This document shows, one piece after another, positions 1 through 14,140 of a stretch of DNA of 64,000 nucleotides. Numbering within the stretch: the stretch's first letter is position 1; each line of letters begins with the position of its first letter. A program made the translations under genes and the position numbers. The stretch comes from Octopus sinensis (taxonomy: Eukaryota). The notes under the pieces were generated by a model. That model saw only the letters and a list, made by a program, of their open reading frames with translations, made no database searches and was not told where the DNA came from. The stretch covers positions 111,724,001-111,788,000 of the forward strand of contig NC_042999.1 in NCBI RefSeq assembly GCF_006345805.1, given 5' to 3'.

Positions 1-888
1 CAAGTCAGAGATTTAGCTAACGTTTGGAATGATGTCGTCAACTGATAGTGTTCTCTTCATTTCCTTTCTTGTCATTCAAAGGTGTAAAAATATCCCGTTT
101 CTAGTTTCTTCTCCATCTGCTACTACCCTTCTTACGTTTTCAGCTTTCTCATAATATGCTGATAATATGCCAGTGGGTTCGTCTAGCGGACAGAGTGTAG
201 TCATTTAGCGGTTGGTTCATTCAAATAGTTTCAACGAATTTGTTGTGTGGACGCCCTCAGACGATGAAGTAGACTAGCCAGAAAAGGAAGATATAGAGGG
301 AGAAGTCTAGACGTCGAGAGGAGAGGAGCAGAGTTGAGTAGAAGGCATCCGAACGTGCGACATAACAGAATTGAAGAAAACGTTATTTCTTACATTGATT
401 ATCAGAAGACTGTACATGGATATAGGGGTGTAACAGCAGATCCTATACGTAGTCATTAAAATTGCTTGAAAGAGCGGCCAGGTTGCCGGCAGAAAATGCA
501 ACAACAAAGTAATACTACGTAGACCAAAATATATAGTATGTTCACGGTTGGATTGTCTATAAACAGATTTATTGAACAACAGCAACAACATCTTTTGCTG
601 TTGTTGTCGAACCAAACGAGAATCTTCTACGAAATTCTTGGATCTTTTAGGAATTCTCATTCAATTCACATTCAGTAAATGCAAGGGAATATTTATATTT
701 TTCAGTGTTGTCTGTGATAAACTAAATCTGAAAAGATTAAGCAGTCACAATGACTGCTTGACCAAGAATAATAGGGAGGAAACAACAACACCAGTGAAAT
801 GATGTGCAATGCATTAGATAAAAACCATAGGATAAGATGCCTTAGTATTTCTTTCGGCTTCCTGCACTTTGAGTGTAAGACCCCTCCT

Positions 889-934
<46 letters not shown>

Positions 935-1415
935 GGTCAAGTTTACTACGTGTCCATTTTGGTAATGCGTTCCAGGTCATTCGCTTCTGAATAAATTTAT
1001 AACATTCTCTCACCAATCTGCGAGGCCTGATAAATTAAAGAACCATGAGTACGACAGTTCCCAACCTGACTGAACGTTAAAAAGAGTAAGTGAGGGAACT
1101 TGATAGTTTATTTAGCTCATTGATCCTTTTAAGATATAAGATAAAATCCATTCGACTGGAATCGAACTCTCAAACGAGTAGAATAAAATCAATTATTTAC
1201 TAATTGCATAGAGACCTTTACCCAAATGCTTCCTCTACAACAAACGAATGTCTTAATAAGGTATTTGTATATATGTTCAAACAAATGACATTGACATGAA
1301 ATAAATAAACTTTTATGAACTTGTTTTTCTTCTACCACTTCAAATCTGGATCATATTGCCAAATATACAAGCACATAATCAACACACATACACACACGCA
1401 CACACACACATGCGA

Positions 1416-1451
<36 letters not shown>

Positions 1452-1524
1452 TTATATGTATGCATGTATGACGCATTCTATAAATTTTTAGTACATATGC
1501 TAATAGGGTACTGTAAAAAATTAG

Positions 1525-1579
<55 letters not shown>

Positions 1580-2323
1580 CATATACATACATACATACGT
1601 GTTGTGTGTATAAATATATATATGCATATATACACATATATGTGTGTGTGCATATATACATATATGTTTGTGTGTATAGATATATATATATACTTATGTA
1701 TATATATATGCTTGTCTTATGCCAACAAGCTCCTCATCAGAACATCTCCATTTGACATGTACCTTTCATTGCACATTAATTGCCTTTGTTTTGTATACAT
1801 GTCACCTAAAGTGAAGCTAACTAATTTATTTAACAAGATTTGACATTATTAGAAACCTTTTCTGCCAGATCTGACATCTCTTCTTCAGCAGTGATGCTTC
1901 TTTAAACATTCTCATTGTTGTATTTACTTACACGTACATTCATTTGTGTGTGTGTGTGTGTGTGTGTATGTGTGTGTGTATGTGTGTGTATGTGTTGTGT
2001 GTTATGTGTACGTGTGCGTGAGAGACCGAGAAAGCATATAAACCAATAATTATATTCATACACATACGCACACACATGCAAGCACAGACCCACACGGACG
2101 TACATTCACATATACACATGTCTATGTATGATTAAATGTGTACGTAATGTGTGTCTGTGTATATGCTTCTTTATATGTATATATATATATATACATCTAT
2201 ATTTGTATATCAATAGATAAGTAGATATTATATGTATATATGGATATATGTATATGCATATTATATGTGCTTGTGTAGATGCTATTATATAATATATATA
2301 TATAATATATATATATTATATAT

Positions 2324-2355
<32 letters not shown>

Positions 2356-2549
2356 CATGCATGTTGTATGTATGTATGTACGTACGTATGTATGTATATA
2401 ATATATATATATTATATTAGTAATGTATATACTATAATCAAACATATTTCTATATCAACTTACACGTGTGCAAATATTTGCAAATACTCATACATGCATA
2501 GACTGCGTGCACTTATATACATATATACATATATATATATTTATATATT

Positions 2550-2613
<64 letters not shown>

Positions 2614-2704
2614 ACGTACAACCACAACTTCGCACGCACGTATGTGTGTGTGCATATGTAAATATAATGTACATATACATACACATATATTAAACATATA
2701 TATA

Positions 2705-2768
<64 letters not shown>

Positions 2769-3437
2769 TGTATGTATACATATATATATTTATATATATA
2801 TATATAATATATATATGGTAACTTTTACATGCTAACAGAATGTGGCAGTCCTATAAAAGACGAGAGAGAGAAAGATGCCTATACATAAGATGCAGAAAAC
2901 CATCGTATCAACACACACAATGACTCTCACTGTGTTTCATAGTACATAATTATATTGCAGGTGTCAGCATTGCAGTCAAATGACACCTTTTATTTTGGCG
3001 GAATATTCTGTAAACCATTCCCAATTTCTAACTTCTACCTCTGTTGCTTTGTATATTTTGCGTTATGGCTGCTTTCGTGGTTGCTGTTGTTGAAGCTGTT
3101 GTTGTTGATTTATATATGTGTGCTGTTATATTTGTTATATTTTTATTGCTAAAGATTTGTATGTTTTTTTTATTATATATATTTGTCAAAATTTCGTTAA
3201 GTATTTATTGGAAGAAGAATTTGAAGAAGGGAAGTTGCGACTTGAAGAATTTAAAGAATTCAATAAAGAAAATATTTATAAAACATGTAAGGTAAAGATT
3301 TAGAAACATATACATATACATTTATATTTATAAATAAAGAACGAGAGCGAGCAGGAATATATATTTTATTTTGATTCTTGTTCAAAAGTTTCGTTTATAT
3401 TTGTCATTTTAAAAGTTTGCGAAAAATTATATATTAT

Positions 3438-3472
<35 letters not shown>

Positions 3473-3523
3473 CACCATATATGTGTGTGTGTGAGTGTGC
3501 GTGTTTGTGTATGAATATATTTA

Positions 3524-3568
<45 letters not shown>

Positions 3569-4369
3569 TATTTTATTTATATAATGATATACATTTTCAA
3601 AATGTGTTGAATGTAATTCATTACGCTCTTCTACTCCTTCATCTTCGTCATCTTGTCATCGTTGAAAAATATTTATTGCTAGAGTCCTATGACAGCTTGC
3701 TGGCAGAAAAATGAAAAGCAAGCTGAAATATAGCAAAAGTATCAACGGCTATAACAAAAGTATTTATCGTTATCGACGGTGAGTGTCATAATTAGACCAT
3801 CAGAAACAAAAAAAATATTGCGTCACAAGTAAGACGTAATAACAACTACAGCAAACGTTTCTAATCACTGGAAACAGCAATTATAACATAGTTCGCAAAC
3901 TTAAAAAGCTGACAAACAGTGAGAATATTTCAGTTGTTAGCTTTAATGTGAAGACCTTTGTAAGGGGCAGGGGAGAGACAATCTTAATGTTTCAAACACC
4001 AAATGACTACTCTGGTTTTATGAAACCTATTTGTTCAGTCCTGTTCGCAAAATGTTAGGCTCATCACTCCAAGAAGTGTTTTGCTTCAAAACGTCACAAT
4101 TCTTCTTGACTCTAGAGGAGCTTGTTTAAATATTTTAGCTATATGGGACGAATATTTTACATATTGACCCAGCTCTTCGCCGTTAGTTATTCCATAGGTT
4201 TTCATTGAGCAGACCTCATTGAAATTATCAAAAACAACCACTATGACAACATCACCACAAAATCTATTCGGGAACATGGTGTCACACAGTAAAACTTGCT
4301 ACCGTAAAATGTACGTACACACAGAGAGACACACACATACATAGACACACGCACGCGTCAGGTAAGACG

Positions 4370-4500
4370 TTTAGTTCCCAAATGACATGTTTCCGGGTTC
4401 AGTCTGACAGTGAGGCACCTTGGGTGAGTGCGTATAACCCCGAGTAAACGAAGGCCTTATCAATGGATTTGGTAGACAAAAACTGAAAAGCAGACCGTTG
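4370..4500 (+). mobile_element. SINE family A, degenerate 5' fragment
   Basis: ttccgggttcagtc...ggcaccttggg...ggatttggtagacaaaaactgaaa matches the full copies at 6175 and 15116. Confidence 0.7.
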
Positions 4501-4595
4501 CATACATTATGCCTCCCTGCATGCCTACCTACCTACCTACCTACCTACCTACCTTCCTAACTTTCTACCTACCTACATCTATCTATCTCTCTATC

Positions 4596-4655
<60 letters not shown>

Positions 4656-4729
4656 CATACATGTATGCATATATATACAAACCTACATCTACATACATAC
4701 ATACATACATACATACATACATACATACA

Positions 4730-4765
<36 letters not shown>

Positions 4766-4854
4766 TTCTCGTTTTAGGAATTTTATGAAATATCTCATGG
4801 TCGATGTTTTATAGCAAAAACAGTTTGATGTAGAAGTATTATGACTCAGTAGTT

Positions 4855-5165
4855 AAAGCGTCGGCTTTATAATCATGAGGTAGCGAATTCGATTCCCGGA
4901 CCAGGATGTGTGTTGTGTTCTTGAGAGACACACTTTATTTCGCGTTGCTTCATTTCACTCGGCTGTAGAAATGAGTTGCGATGTCACTGATGCCAATCTA
5001 TATCGTTCTTTACCTTTCCCTTGGATAACATCGGTGGCGTGGAGAGGGAAGGCTGGTATGCATGGGCGACTGCTGGCCTTTCATAAACAACCTAACCCGA
5101 GCTTGTGCCTCGAAAGGTAACTTTGTAGGTGCAATCTCATGGTCATTCATATCCGAAGGAGCTCT
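4855..5165 (+). mobile_element. tRNA-derived SINE, family C
   Basis: tRNA-like head (ctcagtagttaaagcg ... gaattcgattcccgg, B-box-like), then gtgttcttgagagacacact central domain and a tail. Confidence 0.7.
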
Positions 5166-5525
5166 TTACCCATTACCCTTTATTATTGAATATCAACGAA
5201 TTATCTGCAATTGGAAGCACATTAATACTTGTTTAATGACTAATGCAGGTGCAGATAGAATGAAAGAATAGAAAACAGGTGGATAACGTTTGATAAAGAA
5301 AGAACTTGAGAAGTTAGTGGGTGATCTGAAGGAAAGATGCGTAGATTGAATTTAAAAAAAGAAGGAAATGGTGACGTGAAGAAAATTTATGAAAACATGA
5401 AAAGAAAATCAAGAACAGATATCATCGGAAGAAAAAAACTCTTTTGTAAAGAATTATGAAATACAAGAAAAGTGAGAGAGAGAGTGGAGGAGAGAGATTG
5501 GTAGCATATGGCAAAACGATAGAGA

Positions 5526-5690
5526 AAGAAGAAGAAGAAGAAGAAGAAGAAGAAGAAGAAGAAGAAGACGACGAAGAAGAAGAAGAAGAAGAAGAAGAAG
5601 AAGAAGAAGAAGAAGAAGAAGAAGAAGAAGAAGAAGAAGAAGAAGAAGAAGAAGAAGAAGAAGAAGAAGAAGAAGAAGAAGAAGAAGAAG
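5526..5690. repeat. (GAA)n microsatellite within a long purine-rich tract
   Basis: Direct reading; explains the poly-E/F/S/L ORFs. Confidence 0.95.
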
Positions 5691-6174
5691 AGAGCGAAAA
5701 AGAATAGTGGCGAGAGAAAGCTTCGAGAAAATGAAAAATAATGAGGCGATAGAAGTAGAAATAAGGAAACTGGGAAACGTGGACATCGAAAATGAAAATG
5801 ACAATCTCTGGCAATAGAGAACCTATGAGAGTGAGAAAAATACATAAGTGACAGAAAGAGAGATTGACAAAGATGAAGATGAGTTGGTAGATAATAAGAG
5901 ACAAAGGTGAGAAGAGAAAGACAGAACTAGTGAAAGAGAAATAGCGAGAGATAAGATGTAGAGAATATAGTAGAAATAATGAAAAGCAAGATAGTGATTA
6001 TGTAAACGTACGAGAGAATAAAAGAGACAGGTACAGAGAATGAAAGAAAGAAGGTGAACAGAGAGAAAATGCATAACCCAATGGACAGAGGAGAAAAGCA
6101 CCTTTTCAATATTTTCTACCTGTTAGAGAGAAAGAAAGAAAAACCAGAAACGATAGATAGATAGATAGATAGAT

Positions 6175-6570
6175 CGCAGGAGTGGCTGTGTGGTAAGTAG
6201 CTTGCTAACCAACCACATGGTTTCGGGTTCAGTCCTACTGCGTGGCATCTTGGGCAAGTGTCTTCTGCTATAGCCTCGGGCCGACCAATGCCTTGTGAGT
6301 GGATTTGGCAGACGGAAACTGAAAGAAGCCTGTCGTATATATGTATATATATGTATGTATGTGTGTCTGTGTTTGTCCCTCTAGCATTGCTTGACAACCG
6401 ATGCTGGTATGTTTACATCCCCGTCACTTAGCGGTTCGGCAAAAGAGACCGATAGAATAAGTACTGGGCTTACAAAGAATAAGTCCCGGGGTCGATTTGC
6501 TCGACTAAAAAAAAGGCGGTGCTCCAGCATGGCCGCAGTCAAATGACTGAAACAAGTAAAAGAGAAAAGA
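6175..6570 (+). mobile_element. tRNA-derived SINE family A (octopus-type), full length
   Basis: A box tggctgtgtgg, B box gggttcagtcc, cttgggcaagtgtc domain, gctccagcatggccgcagtc tail; multiple copies in window. Confidence 0.9.
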
Positions 6571-6575
6571 GAAAG

Positions 6576-6665
<90 letters not shown>

Positions 6666-7379
6666 TAGATAGTGAGAGAGACAGAGACTTTGAAACCAAG
6701 TGTGAGAGAAACATGATGAGAAAAATCAAATGCGAAAGGATGATGTCTAAATGTGATAGTAAAATGTGTAAGGCGGCAATTAGGAAAAGGAGAGGAAAAT
6801 AAAGAGACAGAGAGACATATTTATATTGAGTGGGAAATATTCGTAGTTTGAAAAAGAGTCTGTATTGGAAGTGTGAGAGAGGAAAGATAGTAAAAGAGGT
6901 ATGACTAGTAGATGTAAGAAGAAGTATAAGAGACCGATTCAGTGAGGGGAGGTAAAGTGTTTATGTATGTATGTGTGTGTGAGTCCGTGTTTGTGTTTTG
7001 TGTGTATTTGTGTGTGTTCGTGTGTGTATGTGTGCACGCGCGCGTGTGTGAGTAATAACAAGAGGCAGAGGGAGAGAGAGGGGCAAAAGGAGTACCAATG
7101 AGAAAAGCATAGAGTATAAGCAAGTGAGTGAGAGAGGTAGCGAGTGTAAGAGAAAGAGAGTAAGGTAGAGTGTATAAATGGTTGATGTCGAAGGTGTAAG
7201 AGAAGCAGAACACGTGAGAAAGACAGAGAAGGAAAGACGAAGAGAGAGAAGAGAAGCAGAGAATGTGACAAAGACAAGAAGTGAAGTGTGAGAGAGAAGG
7301 ACAAACAGCATAAGAGAGAGAGAGAGGGAGGGAAAGAGAGAGAAAGGGAGGGGGCGAAAGATGGAGAGAGGCAAATGAG

Positions 7380-7663
7380 TAAACATAAGCATAAATATAA
7401 CATACATACATACATATACATACATGAATACATACATATATACATATACATACACACATGCATACGTACATACATACATACATGCATACATACATACATA
7501 CATACACACATACATACTTACACACATACATGCATGCATGCATACATACATACATACATACATGCATACATACATACATACATACATACATACATACATG
7601 CATACATACATACATACATACATACATACATACATACATACATACATACATACATACATACAT
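7380..7663. repeat. (TACA)n microsatellite
   Basis: Direct reading; source of the YIHT/MYVC ORFs. Confidence 0.95.
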
Positions 7664-9440
7664 AGCGAATGACAAGAGAGAAAGACCAATAGAGAGAGAA
7701 TGAAACAGACTTTTTTGAAAACAATTCTTTAAACCGTGATGCTAATTATGTCTTTCATTTCAAGAATCTTTTAGTTGAATAGAACCCCCGACTTCAAAAC
7801 CCCACCACCACCACCACCACCACCACCAGACCTTACCTCCCATCTCTCTACACATAACAACCACGCACCCATACATACCCTTCTCCTCTCTCTCTATCTC
7901 TCTCATCCTCCACACACTTTCACCTCCCACCCCACACCCACACCGAACCCCACGCTTGCACACCTACCCAGATGGACACAATGGATGCTGATTAAGTTAA
8001 CAGTTAAATATCTGTTAACTTTACATCTTCCCCCCACCCTTTAACACACTTTGCTTCATCCCTACCTTCTTCTTCTCTCTCTCTTTCTTTCCTTTTCCCC
8101 CTCTCTCTCACTCCCTCTCTCCCTCTCTCCCTCTCACTCTCTGTCCATCGCTAGTGCGCGGGCGCACGTTTTCTACTTATCCTGAATGAAATAATTGCTC
8201 ATGCAAAATATGCTTTCCATTACCACCAACGCCATTGCAATTTATCTCACCCTCAGTAACTACACCCCGTTCGCCCTTACTAGCATCAGCCCATCACTAA
8301 GATCATCAACATCACAAACACCGTCACCACCACCACAACCACAACCACCACCACCACCACTCTCCCTGCCTTCACCACATCGACCACTATCACTGCCACC
8401 TTCGCCACGACTATCACCGCCACCAGCATGACCGTCTCCATCGCCATTAACCGATGATACTAATATTTGAACACATAACCGACACAATACGACAGCACTA
8501 ACAACTATCATCATCACCATTACCAACAACAACAATAATACTAATAGTAATAATAATAACAACAACAACAAACGCCTACTTCCACTACAGCTCACTCTCC
8601 CTTCTGAAACATGCCATCCCTGTCTCCTGCATAACCATCGTCATAATTGTTGTCACAACTAATACAATTGCCAGAATCACTGCAACCACCACTACCACCC
8701 CAACTACAACCAATACCAATACCACCGCCACTACATCCGATACCAATATTTCCATTAAGTACAGCCCAGCATTATAATAACCTAATCACAATTCTACAAA
8801 CTGAAAATATCCCCCATTGCTAACAAACAACCCTCACTGTAACCTCCTAAATCACACTTTCACTACAAGAATACCATTCCAGAAATCGTTAATTGCTACT
8901 TCTTTTTACAGTCTACCACTGTGTTATCTACTACCTCTACCAACACTTTTCCCTCCTCTATCACACTGACTGTTAATAAAAGCAACAGAAAAGGCCTATA
9001 CACCGTTGTTCAAGCTGCAAGCAATAGCAGCCAAATCGCTCCAAAATCAGACCGAAAATTGACTTAGGTCATGATTTAACAGTCATTAGAATGTAAGACA
9101 GGCAGTTTGTAGTATTTATTCAGGTTTTCTGTTCCCTATGTTCAAATCTCACTGAAACCAACTTTGACTTTCATTCTGTCGTGTTCTACAATATAAAGAA
9201 ATTATCCATGGCGTGGATTTGCATATATTTTAATATATATATATATATATATATATAATTAGACAAAAATCACCTTTTATCAACTCAAAATGAACATTTA
9301 GAATTACACCATCTAGAAAATTACTTATAATAGAAATATTAAAATTAAAATAACAATAAAATGTCAATGATTAAGTAAATTGCAAAAAAATAATAATAAA
9401 AACGTATATAATTTGTAGAATAACGAAACGTGTTTCGTGG

Positions 9441-9499
<59 letters not shown>

Positions 9500-11719
9500 C
9501 ACACACACATAAATTGACAAGGGCGATTCTTTCTCGTCTTGGGATTCACGGTCACACGGGCGGGTGGATTGCGCGAAAAATACTCAGCTGTGTAGAATGA
9601 TCGGTGGTGATGCTGGGCTTTGTATATTTTCATAGCTCCCATGGTTACCGAGATAATCTAGTATAATAATAATCTTGATTTTATGAATGCGAAAGGAAGG
9701 GGTGGTAGATGAATAAGGAAGGAAGAGGTGATGTCATACTTGTTAGTGGGATGATGAAAATTGTACACTGAAAAAATATATCAACTCTGTGTGGATATGT
9801 GTGTGTATATAAAAGGGTGGTATGTGTGTGTGCATGTGAGTGCACGCGCGCGCAATGGAAGTGGGATGGTTCATCTTTGTTCCCTTAATATTTGAGTTTA
9901 TTTTTTGATTTGGATGAATCATGGTTGGTTTTTTTTTTTTTTTTGTCAGTTATTTTTAGCGATTTGACAGAAAAATCCAAATATCATTCAGAAGAATTCC
10001 CAAGAAATTCGGAATATAAGACACCAAGAATAAGAATGGAGAAAATCACATCTTTAATTGATGATTGTACCATACATTATCAGTAATCATTTCTATAGTG
10101 CCAGTATATTTAGATACATAAATAGGTATAAAATATCTCTCAGATATATATCTGAAAATATATGTTAATACAACGTTATCAAGGCAAAACTTCACCCTCT
10201 TGACCAGTGCTCCTTAACATTTGTCGCCCGCTTGGGAGCGTTGTAGGGTCACGAGAGGGTGGAAAATATAAAGGGTGATATGATGTAGGTACAGTCGGGA
10301 TTTAGAACGCGTACAGGTTGCTTAGAACTATAATACATATGTATGTTTCATTTGGTCGAAGGAAAGTCAGAGTAAAAAGGCGTGTCTGTACACGTCATCA
10401 AAGAGAAGACGTAAGATATAAATGTTCTAGAAGAAATATATCTTGAGGATATGTGTGTGTGTGTGTGTTTACGTGTGTGTGTGTGTGTGTGTGTGTGTGA
10501 GTGTGTGTGTATACGTTCTCTGTTTATCCACTCTAAAAGCAAAGGTTAGCATTTTCTTTACCAAATTATATTCCATTTAAAAAAAAATATGTTTGCAAAA
10601 TATATTCTGAAAGCAATCCTCATCATATTCAAGTTAAAAATATTTCTTATATCGTTTTTCTTAAATGTCAAAAAGGTTTATAAATAAATCAGTAATATAC
10701 CCCAACCCTTAACATCCTACTTTCCAGTCGATGAAATCATTAGTTTGGGGCTCAATTTAAAGTTATTATAAGATTTACATTGTCTTATTTATGTAAAACA
10801 TGCAGACATACATTCACAGTTAGTAAACCTTGTACCAAATTCTATAAAATATTCACACATATATATACGCAAATACATTCACACATACACATACAATCGC
10901 ATGAATATATATACACACGACAGACATTCTTTTCACAAAGTTTTCTATAGAAAAACTATTTTTTTGTCATTTGTAAAGGCAGTATTTAGAAGCTTGTCTT
11001 GCAGTAAAAATGTTACATTTATAATATAATTATAAGAAAATTCTGGAAGTTTAACTGAGTTCGGCACAATTTTTTTAATAAACTTCGAGAAAGCCAGAAG
11101 GGCTACGCGCTCACTAAGTGCGCGCGCGTGTGTGTATGTTCGTGAGTGTGTGTGTGCGCGTGTGTGTATGTGTGTTTGTGTGTGTATGTGTGTGTGTGCG
11201 CGCATGTCTGTGTTAATTTTTATTTTGACGTATATGATGGCAACATTAATCATTATTGCTCCAAGTTTGAGAACATGTTTTCCCCCAACTTAAGGATTTT
11301 ACATTTTATTGAATGGTTCAAAATGAACAAGTGCTGCTAATATGGAACATTTTGAGCGTACTTCAAACAATTTCAACAAGATATTGTACCACGTTGCGAA
11401 AGTCTAGCATATAGCTTTAACTTTCACCTACAATAGTATTATGTATGATCTCTGATTAAAACTACATACGGTGTAATAATAGTGTACTGCAATGAAAACC
11501 CCGTAGTATAGTCGCTATAGTTCCCAAATCCATCATAGTAAATCCAGTCCACATAAAGTAAAAATATAATGATTTTGGAAAAAAATTAAAAGAAAGTAAA
11601 AATGTCTGAAAACAATATTTGTACGATTAAAATAAAATTAAAAGTAAAATTTACGGAATTGAAAGGCTAGGTGATTGACAATTACCATAAACACACATAA
11701 TTCTAAGATTTGGTTCCGT

Positions 11720-12150
11720 GAAATCTTTTCTGGGATTTTAAATTCTGGTTTGCCTTGTATGGATTTCTATTTTCAAGAAAATTGTTCATATCAATTCCGA
11801 TGGATAATAGACCTTTCTCAAGTAACTGACAGATTTTTGGACCATTTAAATGAGCATCAACAAAAACTTGCTCTAACCCACCTATCGCTCACACACCAGC
11901 ATCCTTCCTTAGAAAAAATTCCAAAGGTTTTCCTTGTTTAACTGTTTATTAAAAACAACCTGGCCTCTATATTTCCATTTTGTTGTACTACACTTGCAAT
12001 TGGTTTGAATTGGAAAACTAGCAGAATTTGCTTTCGTTCCATTATATTATTGATGACAACTCAAACAGGTCTATGTTCTTACAAAAATCTTAAGACTATC
12101 TGAAAATATTTGCCTTTGTGGATTTTGTAATAATTGACTTTTCCTTTTCC
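11720..12150 (-). pseudogene. Possible very degenerate PLE C-terminal (CxC/GIY-YIG) fragment
   Basis: Minus-strand TNCKC and ICQL-like remnants resemble the 15.7-16.0 kb element; many stops. Confidence 0.25.
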
Positions 12151-12418
12151 ACAAATTTCTTTCATATCCAAGGTTTTTCAACTCTGCTATTACGCAATGT
12201 GTTCACATAGGCACAGAATTTGTAACTATTCCAACAGTTATAAATCGATGCTATCTTTGATCTATCAGAAACTTTCAATGTCCTCCCACAAGCGATATCA
12301 GCAAGACTCTATCCACCAGTTTCTGTTGACAAAGGCGTCTTAAGGCCGAAATACAGGGTAAAGTATAAACTGTTGTTGTGTCATACTTACTTTTACTCTG
12401 TATTCTTTAGTTCCAGCC

Positions 12419-12515
<97 letters not shown>

Positions 12516-12691
12516 ATTATTATTATATTATTATTATTATATTATTATTATTATTATTATTATTATTAAAGTGGCTTTTTCGAAATTCACAACCAAAAGG
12601 CACAAAGTATAGACGTCATTAATGTGAGTAAGGGCACTTACTAGTTAGGAACACTATTGCTAGAATTAAGAATCAGAACTCTCAGCCACGA

Positions 12692-12906
12692 GATGCACTT
12701 ATCTAATGATTGACAAGGGAAACTAGCTCCCTACCGCAAGCTAGATAGATCCCTATCATCGATGATTTCGGACTTGATTAATTCTCATCAGTGACTCTCA
12801 CTCGGTTGCCGAGGATTAAAACTAACTCACTTTATCATCGATGATGTGGATCTGCCTCGCTTGTGGTAGGGTGCTAGTCTCCCTTGTCAGTCATTAGAAG
12901 TGCTTC
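12692..12906. repeat. Imperfect inverted repeat, ~75 bp arms, with HHR-like spacer
   Basis: 12692-12766 is the reverse complement of 12834-12906; both arms contain the palindrome atcatcgatgat. Confidence 0.85.
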
Positions 12907-12948
12907 CTGCGGCAAATTGTTTTTTCTGACTCTAATATATATATATAT

Positions 12949-13063
12949 CACCGTGATCACCGTGACCGACCAGGCTATCATGTTGTTACACATCGCTGGT
13001 CACAATGCGCTTCGCATTGTTTTAGCCTTCAAATGACGCCACCCCGCTGGCACAGCGAGCAAG

Positions 13064-13065
<2 letters not shown>
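12949..13065 (-). mobile_element. Interspersed repeat fragment, probably a SINE 3' tail
   Basis: GC-richer block (gtgatcaccgtgaccgaccaggc...ccgctggc) between TA runs, recalled as an octopus repeat tail. Confidence 0.4.
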
Positions 13066-13128
<63 letters not shown>

Positions 13129-13265
13129 ATGTGTACTCGCATAGCAAGTAATTTGATCTGAGATTGTGTGCTGAAACGAAAACAATTGCAGCGTGGAAGG
13201 TGTTTGTAAGCCATTTAAGAAAAACACACAAAAGCCGTTCGATTCACTTCAACATTTAAGTTTAA

Positions 13266-13315
13266 TTTGTCAAAATATTTTCGTCGCTAAAATCCGCGAC
13301 CTGTTCACTGACAAA
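13266..13315 (-). ncRNA. Hammerhead variant (G3-C8 core), left-arm copy
   Basis: Mirror image of 13336-13385. Confidence 0.6.
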
Positions 13316-13335
13316 AATCCGTGCTGCATCCGGAT

Positions 13336-13385
13336 TTTGTCAGTGAACAGGTCGCGGATTTTAGCGACGAAAATATTTTGACAAA
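13336..13385 (+). ncRNA. Type I hammerhead ribozyme variant with G3-C8 core
   Basis: TTTGTCA GTGAACA G GTCGC GGATTTTA GCGAC GAAA ATAT TT TGACAAA: 7 bp stem I, 5 bp stem II, palindromic stem III AATATT. Confidence 0.6.
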
Positions 13386-13467
13386 TTAAACTTAAATGTT
13401 GAAGTGAATCGAACGGCTTTGGTGTGTTTCTTAAATGGCTTACAAACACCTTCCACGCTGCAATTGT

Positions 13468-13508
<41 letters not shown>

Positions 13509-13917
13509 GTTGTGATTGCTTTAAAAGCAATGCAATGCATATTTGAACTAAGGAAGGGAGTGAAAATTTAAAGAAGACACAACAGATCTTTGTGTTGAAA
13601 GTGCATAAGCATTTTGTGTATAACGAGCATATATGCACACACGTCCATAAGCACGTATTGTTGTGAAAAAGTACGGATGATACATAATACGATATTCAAT
13701 TCTTCTGAAAGTGGTTTCGAATCTTGAAACATCTCAACAACTGGTACATCGTTCACAACTCACAATTACTCAATTATATGTCATAGTTACTCAGGAAACT
13801 GTTAGAATCGGAAGAAATGACCTTGTTATCCAATTCTACTTTTGTAACATATGTTGCTTCCGCCTTCTCATCGTAATAACCATCATCGTTATTCTCCTCC
13901 TCATCATCATCACTATC

Positions 13918-14140
13918 TTCTTCTTTTTCTTCTTCGTCTTCTTCTTATTCTTCTTCTTCTTTTCTTCTTCTTCTTCTTCTTCTTCTTCTTCTTCTTCTTC
14001 TTTCTTCTTCTTCTTCTTCTTCTTCTTCTTCTTCTTCTTCTTCTTCTTCTTCTTCTTCTTTCTTCTTCTTCTTCTTCTTCTTCTTCTTCTTCTTCTTCTT
14101 CTTCTTCTTCTTTTTCTTCACCTTCTTCTTCACCATCATC
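13918..14140. repeat. (TTC)n microsatellite
   Basis: Direct reading. Confidence 0.95.

Larger units (their letters stand above)
13181..13468. repeat. Near-perfect ~140 bp inverted repeat (fold-back element)
   Basis: 13181-13321 is the reverse complement of 13331-13468, with a ~9 nt loop; (TA)n on both sides. Confidence 0.95.

Noticed and set aside
1-800. Complex sequence with ORFs 307-660 and 572-802
   Set aside because: No recognisable motif; cannot distinguish UTR, old repeat or exon
1700-1900. Two minus-strand CTGATGA/CTGAAGA cores
   Set aside because: The first lacks GAAA; the second lacks a closing stem II and stem I
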